Source: a virus (lineage: Duplodnaviria > Heunggongvirae > Uroviricota > Caudoviricetes). Taken from it: DNA of 19,359 bases. The DNA lies in IMG/VR virus record IMGVR_UViG_2703718791_000007, positions 1 to 19,359 of that record. One strand, 5' to 3'. The notes under the pieces are model-generated. The model saw only the letters and a program-made list of their open reading frames with translations, was not told the DNA's origin and ran no database searches. Positions 1 through 7,929 of this stretch are shown piece after piece. Position 1 is the first letter of the stretch. Every line of letters starts with the position of its first letter. The position numbers and the translations under genes were made by a program.

Positions 1-103
1 GTATTCCGAAAAATGGCAACGACGAACGCATTCCGTCTGGCGTCACCGCCACTGGCACGCATCTGCCTTCACGGGGATTTGCAACGATTTGGCCGCCGCC
101 TCA
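1..103. repeat. Left arm of a 103-bp perfect inverted repeat (reverse complement of 261..363)
   Basis: Direct comparison: reverse complement of 261..363 equals 1..103 base for base; identity stops at position 104/260. The arm reaches window position 1, so its true length may be larger. Contains the first 30 codons of a gene I homolog on the plus strand. Confidence 0.9.
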
Positions 104-260
104 GCCTGTATGTGAACACGGCAGCGGAAGCCATCCGTGCCCTGTCGATGCAGATGCCGGGATTCCGCCGCCAGATGAACGAAGGCTGGTACCAGATACG
201 TATTGCTGGTGAGGACACGGCACCGGAGGCGGTGTATGCCCGCCTTCACGAACAACTGGG
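13..260 (+). pseudogene. I: Tail assembly protein I, 5' fragment (codons 1-83) in inverted orientation relative to K; ORF runs on into the inverted arm and ends at 321
   Basis: Plus ORF 13..321 begins MATTNAFRLASPPLARICLHGDLQRFGRRLSLYVNTAAEAIRALSMQMPGFRRQMNEGWYQIRIAGED, collinear with lambda gpI as recalled (MAATHTLPLASPGMARICLYGDLQRFGRRIDLRVKTGAEAIRALATQLPAFRQKLSDGWYQVRIAG). After codon 83 it reads into the inverted arm and loses similarity. Confidence 0.7.
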
Positions 261-992
261 TGAGGCGGCGGCCAAATCGTTGCAAATCCCCGTGAAGGCA
301 GATGCGTGCCAGTGGCGGTGACGCCAGACGGAATGCGTTCGTCGTTGCCATTTTTCGGAATACCTCTCCCGTTTACTCAGTTGTTCAGGCAGATGGTGAA
401 GCAGTTCACCGTTGCCGCAGTAAATGGCGGCATGATTGGCCACCGATGCGCCAAAGCAGCACAGCAGGATATCGCCAGGCTGTGCGGAAGGCAGGGAAAT
501 CCTGTAAAAACCAGTCGCCTCCATATTGTCCAGGTAAAGGTTCTGACCGTTGCGCCACCAGTCATCCTCACGCTCAAAATCCGGCATATCAATTCCCGCC
601 AGATGGTAGGCATCCCGGAACAGCGTGTAACAGTCCGTCACCCCGTGCTCAAAGCGCCGTCCTGTCAGATGTGGCACACAGCGGAATTTATGAATTTCCC
701 CCCGGCAGACCAGCCACCAGAACAGTGCACTTTTTATCTGCAGCCGCCGGTCGGCCTCGCTCAGCCAGGGCAGACCACCGGGATGACTGTGGACCAGTGC
801 CACAATCTCCCCCTGCATCTCTGCCCGCAGCCAGTCTTCCGGTGCGATACGAAAATACGCCTCCGGCTCTGCAGAGATATTCACACAAGGGATATACCGT
901 TCCCCCTCCGGCGTGCTTATCACGAAGCCGCACGACTCCGCAGGCGCACACCGCCGGGCATGCGCCAGAATCGCTGATTCAGTCTGTGTCAT
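246..992 (-). CDS. K: Tail tip assembly protein K (JAMM/MPN metalloprotease motif plus NlpC/P60-like domain)
   Basis: Starts MTQTESAILAHARRCAPAESCGF at ATG 990..992, inside track ORF 246..1253. Contains HSHPGG...SEAD (JAMM-type motif) and DCYTLF (NlpC/P60-type Cys). Strong similarity to lambda gpK as recalled. The last 4 codons lie in the 157-bp segment between the inverted arms. Confidence 0.9.
   Translation of the reverse strand: MTQTESAILAHARRCAPAESCGFVISTPEGERYIPCVNISAEPEAYFRIAPEDWLRAEMQGEIVALVHSHPGGLPWLSEADRRLQIKSALFWWLVCRGEIHKFRCVPHLTGRRFEHGVTDCYTLFRDAYHLAGIDMPDFEREDDWWRNGQNLYLDNMEATGFYRISLPSAQPGDILLCCFGASVANHAAIYCGNGELLHHLPEQLSKRERYSEKWQRRTHSVWRHRHWHASAFTGICNDLAAASPSCS
261..363. repeat. 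Right arm of the 103-bp inverted repeat; carries the K 3' end and an I-type start codon on the minus strand
   Basis: Same comparison as the left arm. On the minus strand, ATG at 349..351 opens MATTNAFRLASPPLARICLHGDLQRFGRRL, which matches the lambda gpI N-terminus as recalled. Confidence 0.9.
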
Positions 993-1002
993 AAAACAGG
1001 AT

Positions 1003-1701
1003 TTACTGCGAAAGTTTATTGATGGAAAGGAAACCGCCAAAATTGACCGCCATGCCGCGCATCTCACACCCGCGCATGCATTTACTGCATCTGTCCTTCC
1101 GGATATCCGTGGTGGGTTTATCGAACTCATCCGCCACAGCCCCGCCCGTGTAACCACACTCATCAGAGCGGTAGGTCCACATACAGGTGTTCGCCAGCAT
1201 GATACGACCGGGAAACAGCGCTCCGTCCGTCTCGGTCGGTGTGGCCAGCACAAACGAGGCCGTCATGGCTGTCAGCTGCGACATCTGCTCCACCACCCAG
1301 CGGTCGCTCAGCTCCTGCTCCGGGTCCGCTTCCGGATTGCCCGCCACAAAATTCACCGCATCCAGAAAACGGGCATACACCCGGCGGCGGACCACCGTGG
1401 CCCCCACCAGGCTCTGCAGGTCCTCCGCCATCCCGGTGACCAGACCAAACAGATTGGACACCGTCAGCGACGGTCTGGCACTGCTGCCCTTCCCGTTCAT
1501 CTCAAAGCCACTGCCGTCAATCGGGTATGCCTGATATTGCCGCCCCTGCCAGGTGACCGCCTCCCCTTTTTCATTCAGCTCATTGCAGAAAAAATACCGC
1601 TCACCACCCTGTACCGTCAGGTCGATTTCCCAGAGTACCACCCGCGGTGACTGCTCTGATTTAACCGACTCGTTCAGACTTTCTTCGTGAATATCCTGCA
1701 T
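1003..1701 (-). CDS. L: Minor tail protein L
   Basis: 232-aa ORF, MQDIHEESLNE...FGGFLSINKLSQ, with the C-terminal Cys cluster; collinear with lambda gpL as recalled. Its ATG overlaps the M stop as ATGA. Confidence 0.92.
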   Translation of the reverse strand: MQDIHEESLNESVKSEQSPRVVLWEIDLTVQGGERYFFCNELNEKGEAVTWQGRQYQAYPIDGSGFEMNGKGSSARPSLTVSNLFGLVTGMAEDLQSLVGATVVRRRVYARFLDAVNFVAGNPEADPEQELSDRWVVEQMSQLTAMTASFVLATPTETDGALFPGRIMLANTCMWTYRSDECGYTGGAVADEFDKPTTDIRKDRCSKCMRGCEMRGMAVNFGGFLSINKLSQ

Positions 1702-2030
1702 CAGTTCACCACCTGCTTAAACTCGGCACTGAATTCAACCCGCAGCATGCGAACCCGTGATGACCAGGCGGCACAGGTCACCTTTATCTGCCGCTAGGCA
1801 TAAGGCGGTGTCCACAGAAACGCCTTCCAGCCACCGTGCTCTGCCAGGAATGCCTCCAGATGTCGGGCCTCCTCCCGGGTCACGGAAAGCGTCACACGGT
1901 ATGTTTTCAGGTCAGCATTCAGCCCCGCCGCCATACGCTGCGAATACCCGTCACCAAAACGCACTTCACGCACCGATGGCTGCGAGTTCACCTCCATATC
2001 CGGCTTCACTTTCCAGCGAAATGTTTTCAT
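1701..2030 (-). pseudogene. M: Minor tail protein M interrupted by an in-frame TAG at 1794..1796 (codon 79 of 109)
   Basis: ORF 1794..2030 gives MKTFRWKVKP...FLWTPPYA then TAG. Continuing in the same frame gives RQIKVTCAAWSSRVRMLRVEFSAEFKQVVN then TGA at 1701..1703, matching the lambda gpM C-terminus as recalled (YEWRQIKVTCAKWSSRVSMLRVEFSAEFEQVVN). The TAG sits where lambda has Trp. Confidence 0.85.
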
Positions 2031-4582
2031 CGCCTGCCTCCGGAAAAGACGCCGCCATCACGCATCTGCGCCTGAATCTCATCCTGCGCCCCCTTGCGGG
2101 CCATGTCATACACCGCCTTCATCAGCTGCGGCCCCGCCTGTCCGTTGGTGCCGTCGTTCTGAATCACCACGTGATTGTTCTGATTAAAATTAATGCCTTC
2201 CGTCCGCCGCATCTGCGCCGGACTTCCGGCACCGCCGACATAACCGCCATCCGCATACCCCCGCATCAGACGGTACAGGTTGCCGACACCAATCCGGCTG
2301 GTTGCCTCCTTCGTGAAGACAAATTCACCACGGTGAACAATCCCCGCTGGCTCATATTTGTCGCCGGTTCCCGTAAATCCTCCGGTTGCAAAATGGAATT
2401 TCGCCGCAGCGGCCTGAATGGCTGTACCGCCTGACGCGGATGCGCCGCCACCAACAGCCCCGCCAATGGCACTACCGATACTCCCGACTATCCCCACCAT
2501 CGCCTGCTTCAGAAAAATCTCTGTCAGCATGGAGAGCACAGAACGGGTGAAACCACGCCAGTTCTGTTCGCTGCCGGTCAGCATCGCTGCCATATTCTGT
2601 GCAATACCGTCAAAGGTCTGCGTGGCCACGCTTTTAACCTGCGAAAAACTGTCCGTCGCACTTTCTGCCCACTCGCCCCAGCCGGACTTCAGACCGGCCA
2701 TCCAGCTTCCACGAAGCTGCTCCTCCGCAGACCAGGTGTTCTTCAGTGCAGATGTGGCCTTCGCCAGCGCATCCGGATTATCACCGTACACGTCACGAAG
2801 GCGCTGCTCTTCCGACTCCCGCTGCGCCTGACGGTCGGTGAGGCCGCGGGCTTTTGCGCTGATGGCTGCCTGCTTCGCGCTCTGCTGCTGTTCAAACCGC
2901 GCCGCCTGCTGTGCCAGCTCATTCAGCCGTTTCTGGTGTTCAACCTTGTCGCCAAGCTCAGCCAGCTGGCGTTTGTACTCCAGCGTCTCTTTCTCATGGG
3001 CCAGCAGGGATTTTTCCTGCTCAGATAACTGGCGTTTCGTGGCAGCCTCTTTCAGGACCGCATACTGATTTTCCGCTTTCCATAAATCGCGACGCTGCTG
3101 GCTGATTTTCTCATTCGCACCGCTGTGTTTTTCCAGCGTCCGGAGCTCGGTTTCAAGCGCCAGCAGGGCTGCATGCGCCCGGTCTTCCTGGCGCTCACCG
3201 GCAGACACCTTCACAGCAGATGGCTTTTTCAGCGTCGACTCATAATCCTTTTTCGCCGCCGCCATCAGCGTGTTGTAATCCGCCTGCAGGATTTTCCCGT
3301 CCTTCAGTGCCTTGTTCAGTTCTTCCTGACGGGCGGTATATTTCTCCAGCGGCGTCTGCAGCCGTTCGTAAGCTTTCTGCGCCTCTTCGGTATATTTCAG
3401 CCGTGACGCTTCAGTATCGCTCTGCTGCTGCGCATTTTTGTCCTGTTGACTCTGCTGTTCAGCCTTCTTTCTCGCGGCTTCAAGCGCAAGACGGGCCTTT
3501 TCACGATCATCCCAGTAACGCGCCCGCGCTTCATCGTTAACAAAATAATCATCCTTGCGCAGACTCCAGATGTCGTCCGCTTTCTTAAACGCAGCCTCTG
3601 CCTTAATCAGCATCTCCTGAGCGGTATCAGGACGACCAATATCCAGCACCGCATCCCACATGGATTTGAATGCCCGTGCTGTCCTGTCTGCCCAGGTCTC
3701 TAGCGTACCCATGTTCTCTTTCAGGCGGCGGGTCTGGTCATCAAATCCTTTCGTCGCGGCCTCGTTCGCCGCCTGCAATGCCCCGGCTTCATCGCCGGAA
3801 CGCTGCAACTGAGCAACATACGCAATCTGCTCCGCCGTCACGTTATGGAACTGGCGTGCCATCGCTGTCAGCCCTGACGTCGGGTCTGTGGTCAGCTTCC
3901 CGAAGGCTTCAGCGACCTTGTCCACCTCCACGCCGGATGCAGAGGAGAAACGCGCCACACTCTGGCTGATGGATGCAATCTGAGCCTCACCGCTTACTCC
4001 CGCCTTAACCAGTGCGCTGAGTGACTCGCTGGTCTGGTTAAACGTCAGCCCTGCCGCCTGCCCGGCTCTGGACAGGACCAGCATACGATCTGCCGTCAGA
4101 CCCGACTGATTGCCGGAAAGGACCAGCGTTTTGTTGAAATCGGACAGGGTTGAGTTGCCCTGATACCAGGCATACGCCAGCGCACCTGTCGCCACCGCCA
4201 GCGAGGTGACCCCGACCATCGGCAGGGTGATCGCACCGGCAAGCCCCCTGAACATGGGGATCATCCCGCCGAAGGAGTCCTTCACCTGACCGCCCTGTTG
4301 CAGCAGGATCAGCCAGGGATTCTGACCACCGGCAAGCTGCGTGGCGATATCCGTAAACTGTGCGGGCAGGGTTCGCATGGCCGCTTTATACTGCCCGACG
4401 GAAATCCCGGCTTTTTGTGCAGCCAGCGCCTGACGACTCAGGTTCTGCTCAACGACACCGGCGGTTTTTCTGGCGTCAGTCTCCAGTCCGGAAAAATGAC
4501 GCCTTACCCGGCTCATCTGCTCATCGAAACGGACCGCATCCAGACTCAGGTCAATAACAAGATCACCAACCGGCTGGGACAT
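2027..4582 (-). CDS. H: Tail tape measure protein H
   Basis: 851-aa ORF MSQPVGDLVIDLSLDAVRFDEQ...GGVFSGGRR, near-collinear with lambda gpH as recalled; long coiled-coil middle region and Gly-rich C-terminal region. Confidence 0.95.
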   Translation of the reverse strand: MSQPVGDLVIDLSLDAVRFDEQMSRVRRHFSGLETDARKTAGVVEQNLSRQALAAQKAGISVGQYKAAMRTLPAQFTDIATQLAGGQNPWLILLQQGGQVKDSFGGMIPMFRGLAGAITLPMVGVTSLAVATGALAYAWYQGNSTLSDFNKTLVLSGNQSGLTADRMLVLSRAGQAAGLTFNQTSESLSALVKAGVSGEAQIASISQSVARFSSASGVEVDKVAEAFGKLTTDPTSGLTAMARQFHNVTAEQIAYVAQLQRSGDEAGALQAANEAATKGFDDQTRRLKENMGTLETWADRTARAFKSMWDAVLDIGRPDTAQEMLIKAEAAFKKADDIWSLRKDDYFVNDEARARYWDDREKARLALEAARKKAEQQSQQDKNAQQQSDTEASRLKYTEEAQKAYERLQTPLEKYTARQEELNKALKDGKILQADYNTLMAAAKKDYESTLKKPSAVKVSAGERQEDRAHAALLALETELRTLEKHSGANEKISQQRRDLWKAENQYAVLKEAATKRQLSEQEKSLLAHEKETLEYKRQLAELGDKVEHQKRLNELAQQAARFEQQQSAKQAAISAKARGLTDRQAQRESEEQRLRDVYGDNPDALAKATSALKNTWSAEEQLRGSWMAGLKSGWGEWAESATDSFSQVKSVATQTFDGIAQNMAAMLTGSEQNWRGFTRSVLSMLTEIFLKQAMVGIVGSIGSAIGGAVGGGASASGGTAIQAAAAKFHFATGGFTGTGDKYEPAGIVHRGEFVFTKEATSRIGVGNLYRLMRGYADGGYVGGAGSPAQMRRTEGINFNQNNHVVIQNDGTNGQAGPQLMKAVYDMARKGAQDEIQAQMRDGGVFSGGRR

Positions 4583-5434
4583 ATCTCACACCTCCGGAAA
4601 TCCCCGCTGAAGCCATCATTAATGCGGCATCATCCACCATGACATCCGCCACATCCGCAGACGATAAAATCTCACGCCCACCGTCCCCACCAAACCGTAC
4701 GCCTCCGGCAAGTCCTGCCGCTTTCTGCATCAGCATTTTTTCCTCATCCGGCATCTCCGTCTGCGCTTCCTCACGCCGGGGGGCAAGCAGACTGAAATCA
4801 GAGGGATGCATATCCGGATCGCAAAAAAACAGGCTGAGTACGGCGTACGTCAGCCCGGAAAAATGCATATCCAGTTGGGTATCGAGAAAATAATGCGTAC
4901 GGTAAAAATGTCGCCAGTCGGCATATTCGGTGGATGTCATCCCGGCAAGCATGGCGCGCCAGTCAGGCCTCCCCATCTCACGCGCCAGTCTGAGGGCAAA
5001 ATTCAGCTCGCCGTCGAAGACTTTCCCGCAGAAAAATCATCATCAGTCAGCGCGTTATTTTTCGCCACTTCGGTGCTGTCAGTATCCGCATGAACAGCCC
5101 CGCTCATCCCGGACAGACACAACACCACATCTTCCGCCCGGGCAATGGCATCCGCAGGCCAGGTGGTGAGCACCTCCTGTTCGATCTGCATCACAGCCTC
5201 ATTCATTGACGGTGATGCCGTTTTCTGCGGATGGTTATGCCACAGGGACATCGCCACCAGAAACGCGCCGGTTCTGACGAGATCTTCCACGCTTACCTGC
5301 AGGTTGCCGCTGGATTCTGCCTGTTCTGCACGCCGTTTCAGGAGGGCAAGATGCTCAATACGCTGCAGCGCAGACAATTCGGAAAGCGTGACGGACACAC
5401 CGTTATATTCAAATTGTTCTGTTTTCAGAAACAT
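4563..5434 (-). CDS. T: Tail assembly chaperone G-T fusion made by programmed -1 frameshift; T-specific part 4563..5020
   Basis: T frame (track ORF 4563..4976) is contiguous with G through a -1 shift at the heptamer G GGA AAG (minus strand, 5021..5027), the same slippery sequence as lambda G/GT. The post-shift reading VFDGELNFALRLAREMGRPDWRAMLAG joins the T ORF. Confidence 0.85.
5003..5434 (-). CDS. G: Tail assembly chaperone G
   Basis: 143-aa ORF MFLKTEQFEYNGVSVTLSELSALQRIEHLALL...; GGAGG Shine-Dalgarno upstream; slippery heptamer 18 nt before its stop. Similar to lambda gpG as recalled. Confidence 0.9.
   Translation of the reverse strand: MFLKTEQFEYNGVSVTLSELSALQRIEHLALLKRRAEQAESSGNLQVSVEDLVRTGAFLVAMSLWHNHPQKTASPSMNEAVMQIEQEVLTTWPADAIARAEDVVLCLSGMSGAVHADTDSTEVAKNNALTDDDFSAGKSSTAS
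5021..5027 (-). other. Slippery heptamer G GGA AAG for the G to G-T -1 ribosomal frameshift
   Basis: Plus-strand ctttccc at 5021..5027 is GGGAAAG on the minus strand, in the X XXY YYZ register of the G frame (…TCT GCG GGA AAG TCT…). Confidence 0.85.
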
Positions 5435-5447
5435 GTATTACCTCCGT

Positions 5448-6200
5448 TTACCCTGCAGCGCCCGCTTCAGTAACGGTGACTTCAGCCACTGCGGCGAACT
5501 GACCATTTCCGCTCACCACAGGGATCTGCACCTTACCTGTCGCCACGCCGTTTACCGTAATTGTCATATCTTTCACACTAATGGTGGCTTTCGACGGATC
5601 GGCGGAAACCGCTCTGAACGTCTTGTCTGTTGCACTTTCCGGCTCAAAAGAAACCGTCAGGGTGGTTGTTTTCCCTTTTGCCACCGTACCGGATGTCGGC
5701 GTCACCTTAATCGCACTGACCGGCGTAATTTTGCTGCGTTCTTCCGCTACAGAAGGTTTACCCACGTTAGTGACTTTCACCGTGCGGGTGATCACTTCTT
5801 TCGCCGTCACGGCCTTACCGATACTGCTGACCCAGCCACGAAACACATCCACCGTGCCATTCGGAAAACGGATTTTATAGGCCCGGACATCGCCGCTTTC
5901 AAACCAGCCTATAAGCCCTTTCTGGCCTTCCTCTCCCGGTTTCCAGGCCAGCGTAAAACTGGTATCACCTGCAGATTTCTGCCCCTGCCCGGTCGCGGTC
6001 CAGTCCGCGTCTTCATCATCCAGGTAGTTATCATCGTAGGATTCTGCCGTCATCTCGCCCGGCGTCAGATCCTTCACCTTAGCCAGTCGCTGCCAGTCAT
6101 CGTCTGACAACGGGTTTGCATAAGCGTCACCCTGACCGTTGTAAACCCACAGAGTGGTACCGGCACCTTTTACCGGCTCAAGGGGATTTGGTGTTGCCAT
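5448..6200 (-). CDS. V: Major tail tube protein V with C-terminal Ig-like domain
   Basis: 250-aa [34 protein letters not shown]...; position between U and G and size match lambda gpV; the C-terminal ~90 aa look like a Big_2-type Ig-like domain. Confidence 0.9.
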   Translation of the reverse strand: MATPNPLEPVKGAGTTLWVYNGQGDAYANPLSDDDWQRLAKVKDLTPGEMTAESYDDNYLDDEDADWTATGQGQKSAGDTSFTLAWKPGEEGQKGLIGWFESGDVRAYKIRFPNGTVDVFRGWVSSIGKAVTAKEVITRTVKVTNVGKPSVAEERSKITPVSAIKVTPTSGTVAKGKTTTLTVSFEPESATDKTFRAVSADPSKATISVKDMTITVNGVATGKVQIPVVSGNGQFAAVAEVTVTEAGAAG

Positions 6201-6207
6201 ATCGTCC

Positions 6208-6603
6208 TCACATCTCGTATGTAATGGAATAAGTCAGATCTGCAGAACTCCATAACGCCATATCGTCATCACGACGATACTCATAGCCCTGCGTAACCAT
6301 CGTGGTAATCAGTCCTGCCAGTGCCGGGATCGCGGTCATCGCCGGGTAAATCCGGCTTTCCATCCACTGATCAAGCTCTGAATCCGGTACCTGTGCCGGT
6401 AAAAACACCTCAATATGCAGCGTGGCCCGCCAGGTATCTGCATCCAGCTCTTCACCGGTATACTCTGCATCCGTCAGATAAACCGCGATCGCAGGAAAAT
6501 CCTCTTCGTCAAAAACAACGGGGCGACCATCAAACAGCGTCGCCCCGTGTTCATGCTGCTCGAGTGCATCCAGCACTGCGGCACGAATGTCAGTGTGTTT
6601 CAT
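6208..6603 (-). CDS. U: Tail terminator protein U
   Basis: 131-aa [36 protein letters not shown]...[10 protein letters not shown], collinear with lambda gpU as recalled. Confidence 0.92.
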   Translation of the reverse strand: MKHTDIRAAVLDALEQHEHGATLFDGRPVVFDEEDFPAIAVYLTDAEYTGEELDADTWRATLHIEVFLPAQVPDSELDQWMESRIYPAMTAIPALAGLITTMVTQGYEYRRDDDMALWSSADLTYSITYEM

Positions 6604-7133
6604 CGTTTTATTGCAATCCTCAGTTGTTGTTTCAGCGCGGATGCCAGTTCTTTAGGCAGGCGTTCACGCCGGATACGGTCAACATTCTCATCAAATGCCT
6701 GTTTCAGTGGGGCCGCCATCGGGATTTTCACCACATCAATGGGGTAACGGTTTTTCCCGGCCACACGCTGCATGACATGCCAGCGACCATTTTTTAATCG
6801 CTGAATAAATGCCCGCTGATACCGATGCTGACCGGCTTTAAGTATGCTGTCCGGACGACGCCCCGGCATCCTGATCCCCAGCTTAATCACAGGGAGATCA
6901 CCGCGGTTAACGATAATTCTGGCATTCGGATTTCTGACCGTCGCCCGTTTCAGTCTGGACCGTTCCTTAACCAGTTTCCGGCGAACCTTTGTCTCCCGGG
7001 CAACCTGTGATGAAGACTGATTAATCGCCGTTGTGGCCACGCGGTTAATGGCCATTGCTGAAGCCGCCGGAATGGCGTTTTTACGAACCCGACTCAGATT
7101 ATCAATCGCCTGCTCAAGCCCTTTTATCGCCAT
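6600..7133 (-). CDS. Z: Tail completion protein Z
   Basis: 177-aa ORF MAIKGLEQAIDNLSRV...[22 protein letters not shown], matching lambda gpZ as recalled; 4-nt overlap with U. Confidence 0.9.
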   Translation of the reverse strand: MAIKGLEQAIDNLSRVRKNAIPAASAMAINRVATTAINQSSSQVARETKVRRKLVKERSRLKRATVRNPNARIIVNRGDLPVIKLGIRMPGRRPDSILKAGQHRYQRAFIQRLKNGRWHVMQRVAGKNRYPIDVVKIPMAAPLKQAFDENVDRIRRERLPKELASALKQQLRIAIKR

Positions 7134-7148
7134 AATTTCACCCTGCGT

Positions 7149-7502
7149 TTATCGTCGCCGGTTAACGGCGGGTGGTTTCCCACGGTTGAGCCAGAGATAA
7201 CAGCTGCCCCCGTCATCCGGAGAAACACGATCCACCCAGAACGTCTCACCATTAATGGTCAGCGTGTCACCACGCCGCACAGCACGAACCGTATCCGTCC
7301 GCACAAATAATGACGGGCTGCTTCCTTCAATACGGACCCCGCCACCGGCAAACCCCAGCGACTCCGGATCGTCAAAAACCCCCTGAACTTCGCTGCCACA
7401 CTGTGCCCCCGAGGTGAACTGCGCACAGAGCCCCATCACTTCAACAATCGTGCTGTCCACCCCGGCGAGGGCAGCATCAAAGGCATTCTGAAAATCACGC
7501 AT
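7149..7502 (-). CDS. FII: Head-tail connector protein FII
   Basis: 117-aa ORF MRDFQNAFDAALAGV...DRVSPDDGGSCYLWLNRGKPPAVNRRR; the C-terminal half is nearly identical to lambda gpFII as recalled. Confidence 0.9.
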   Translation of the reverse strand: MRDFQNAFDAALAGVDSTIVEVMGLCAQFTSGAQCGSEVQGVFDDPESLGFAGGGVRIEGSSPSLFVRTDTVRAVRRGDTLTINGETFWVDRVSPDDGGSCYLWLNRGKPPAVNRRR

Positions 7503-7878
7503 GCTCAGCCGTTCCGTGCTGTATCATGGCTGTCGCCAGTGGTGATGGCACCAGAACACGCATGCCCCGGTACGTCAGTTCAACGGGACGGCCTGTCTCC
7601 GGGCAATACCCCATCACATGCAGGCATTTCCGCACACGGACCGCTTTAACATCATCCGTAGCATCAGTGTTGTGCAACTGCTCACCATCGTCTGTGTGAT
7701 TTTGCTCAGGCCCGCTCTCATCACCAGGCATAATGCCCTCCCGGGAAGCAGCAAGCTCCTCTTCCCACTCAGACACACGTTGCGCAATATCCGCAGCACT
7801 CCCCGACATATCCGCCTCGCGCCCCAGCAGGCCAGCCAGTTGACGAAGACGTTTCTGATTTTCTTCTTTTGTTGCCAT
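7495..7878 (-). CDS. FI: DNA packaging protein FI-like
   Basis: ATG at 7876..7878 with AGGGGG Shine-Dalgarno; product MATKEENQKRLRQLAGLL...; sits in the lambda FI position between E and FII. Sequence similarity to lambda gpFI is weak, so the call is positional. The track ORF start at 7926 is an upstream non-ATG extension. Confidence 0.65.
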   Translation of the reverse strand: MATKEENQKRLRQLAGLLGREADMSGSAADIAQRVSEWEEELAASREGIMPGDESGPEQNHTDDGEQLHNTDATDDVKAVRVRKCLHVMGYCPETGRPVELTYRGMRVLVPSPLATAMIQHGTAEHA

Positions 7879-7893
7879 ATCAGCCCCCTGTGA

Positions 7894-7921
7894 AAAAAGA
7901 CACGGGGGCATTTCGCCCCCG
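7894..7921 (-). terminator. Intrinsic-terminator-like hairpin plus U-tract between capsid gene E and FI
   Basis: Plus gggggc(atttc)gccccc at 7904..7920 gives a 6-7 bp GC stem; on the minus-strand transcript it is followed by UGUCUUUUUU (plus aaaaaa 7894..7899). Confidence 0.45.
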
Positions 7922-7929
7922 CTCACGGA

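Noticed and set aside
43-351. Minus-strand 102-aa ORF that looks like a second copy of gene I
   Set aside because: Only its first 30 codons (inside the inverted-repeat arm) are I-like; the rest is a nonsense reading across the inverted 157-bp segment. It is a by-product of the inverted repeat, not a separate gene.
302-1650. Plus-strand ORFs 302..994, 306..977, 913..1650 and 1187..1534 overlapping K and L
   Set aside because: Shadow ORFs antisense to strongly conserved minus-strand genes; products are Arg/Pro-rich low-complexity with no ribosome-binding site or recognisable similarity.
1757-4642. Plus-strand ORFs within H and M (for example 1757..2434, 2418..2831, 3220..3540, 4298..4642)
   Set aside because: Antisense to the tape-measure gene; typical spurious open frames in GC-rich antisense sequence.
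5145-6107. 320-aa plus-strand ORF antisense to V
   Set aside because: Cys/Arg-rich implausible protein exactly overlapping the major tail gene; no start context.
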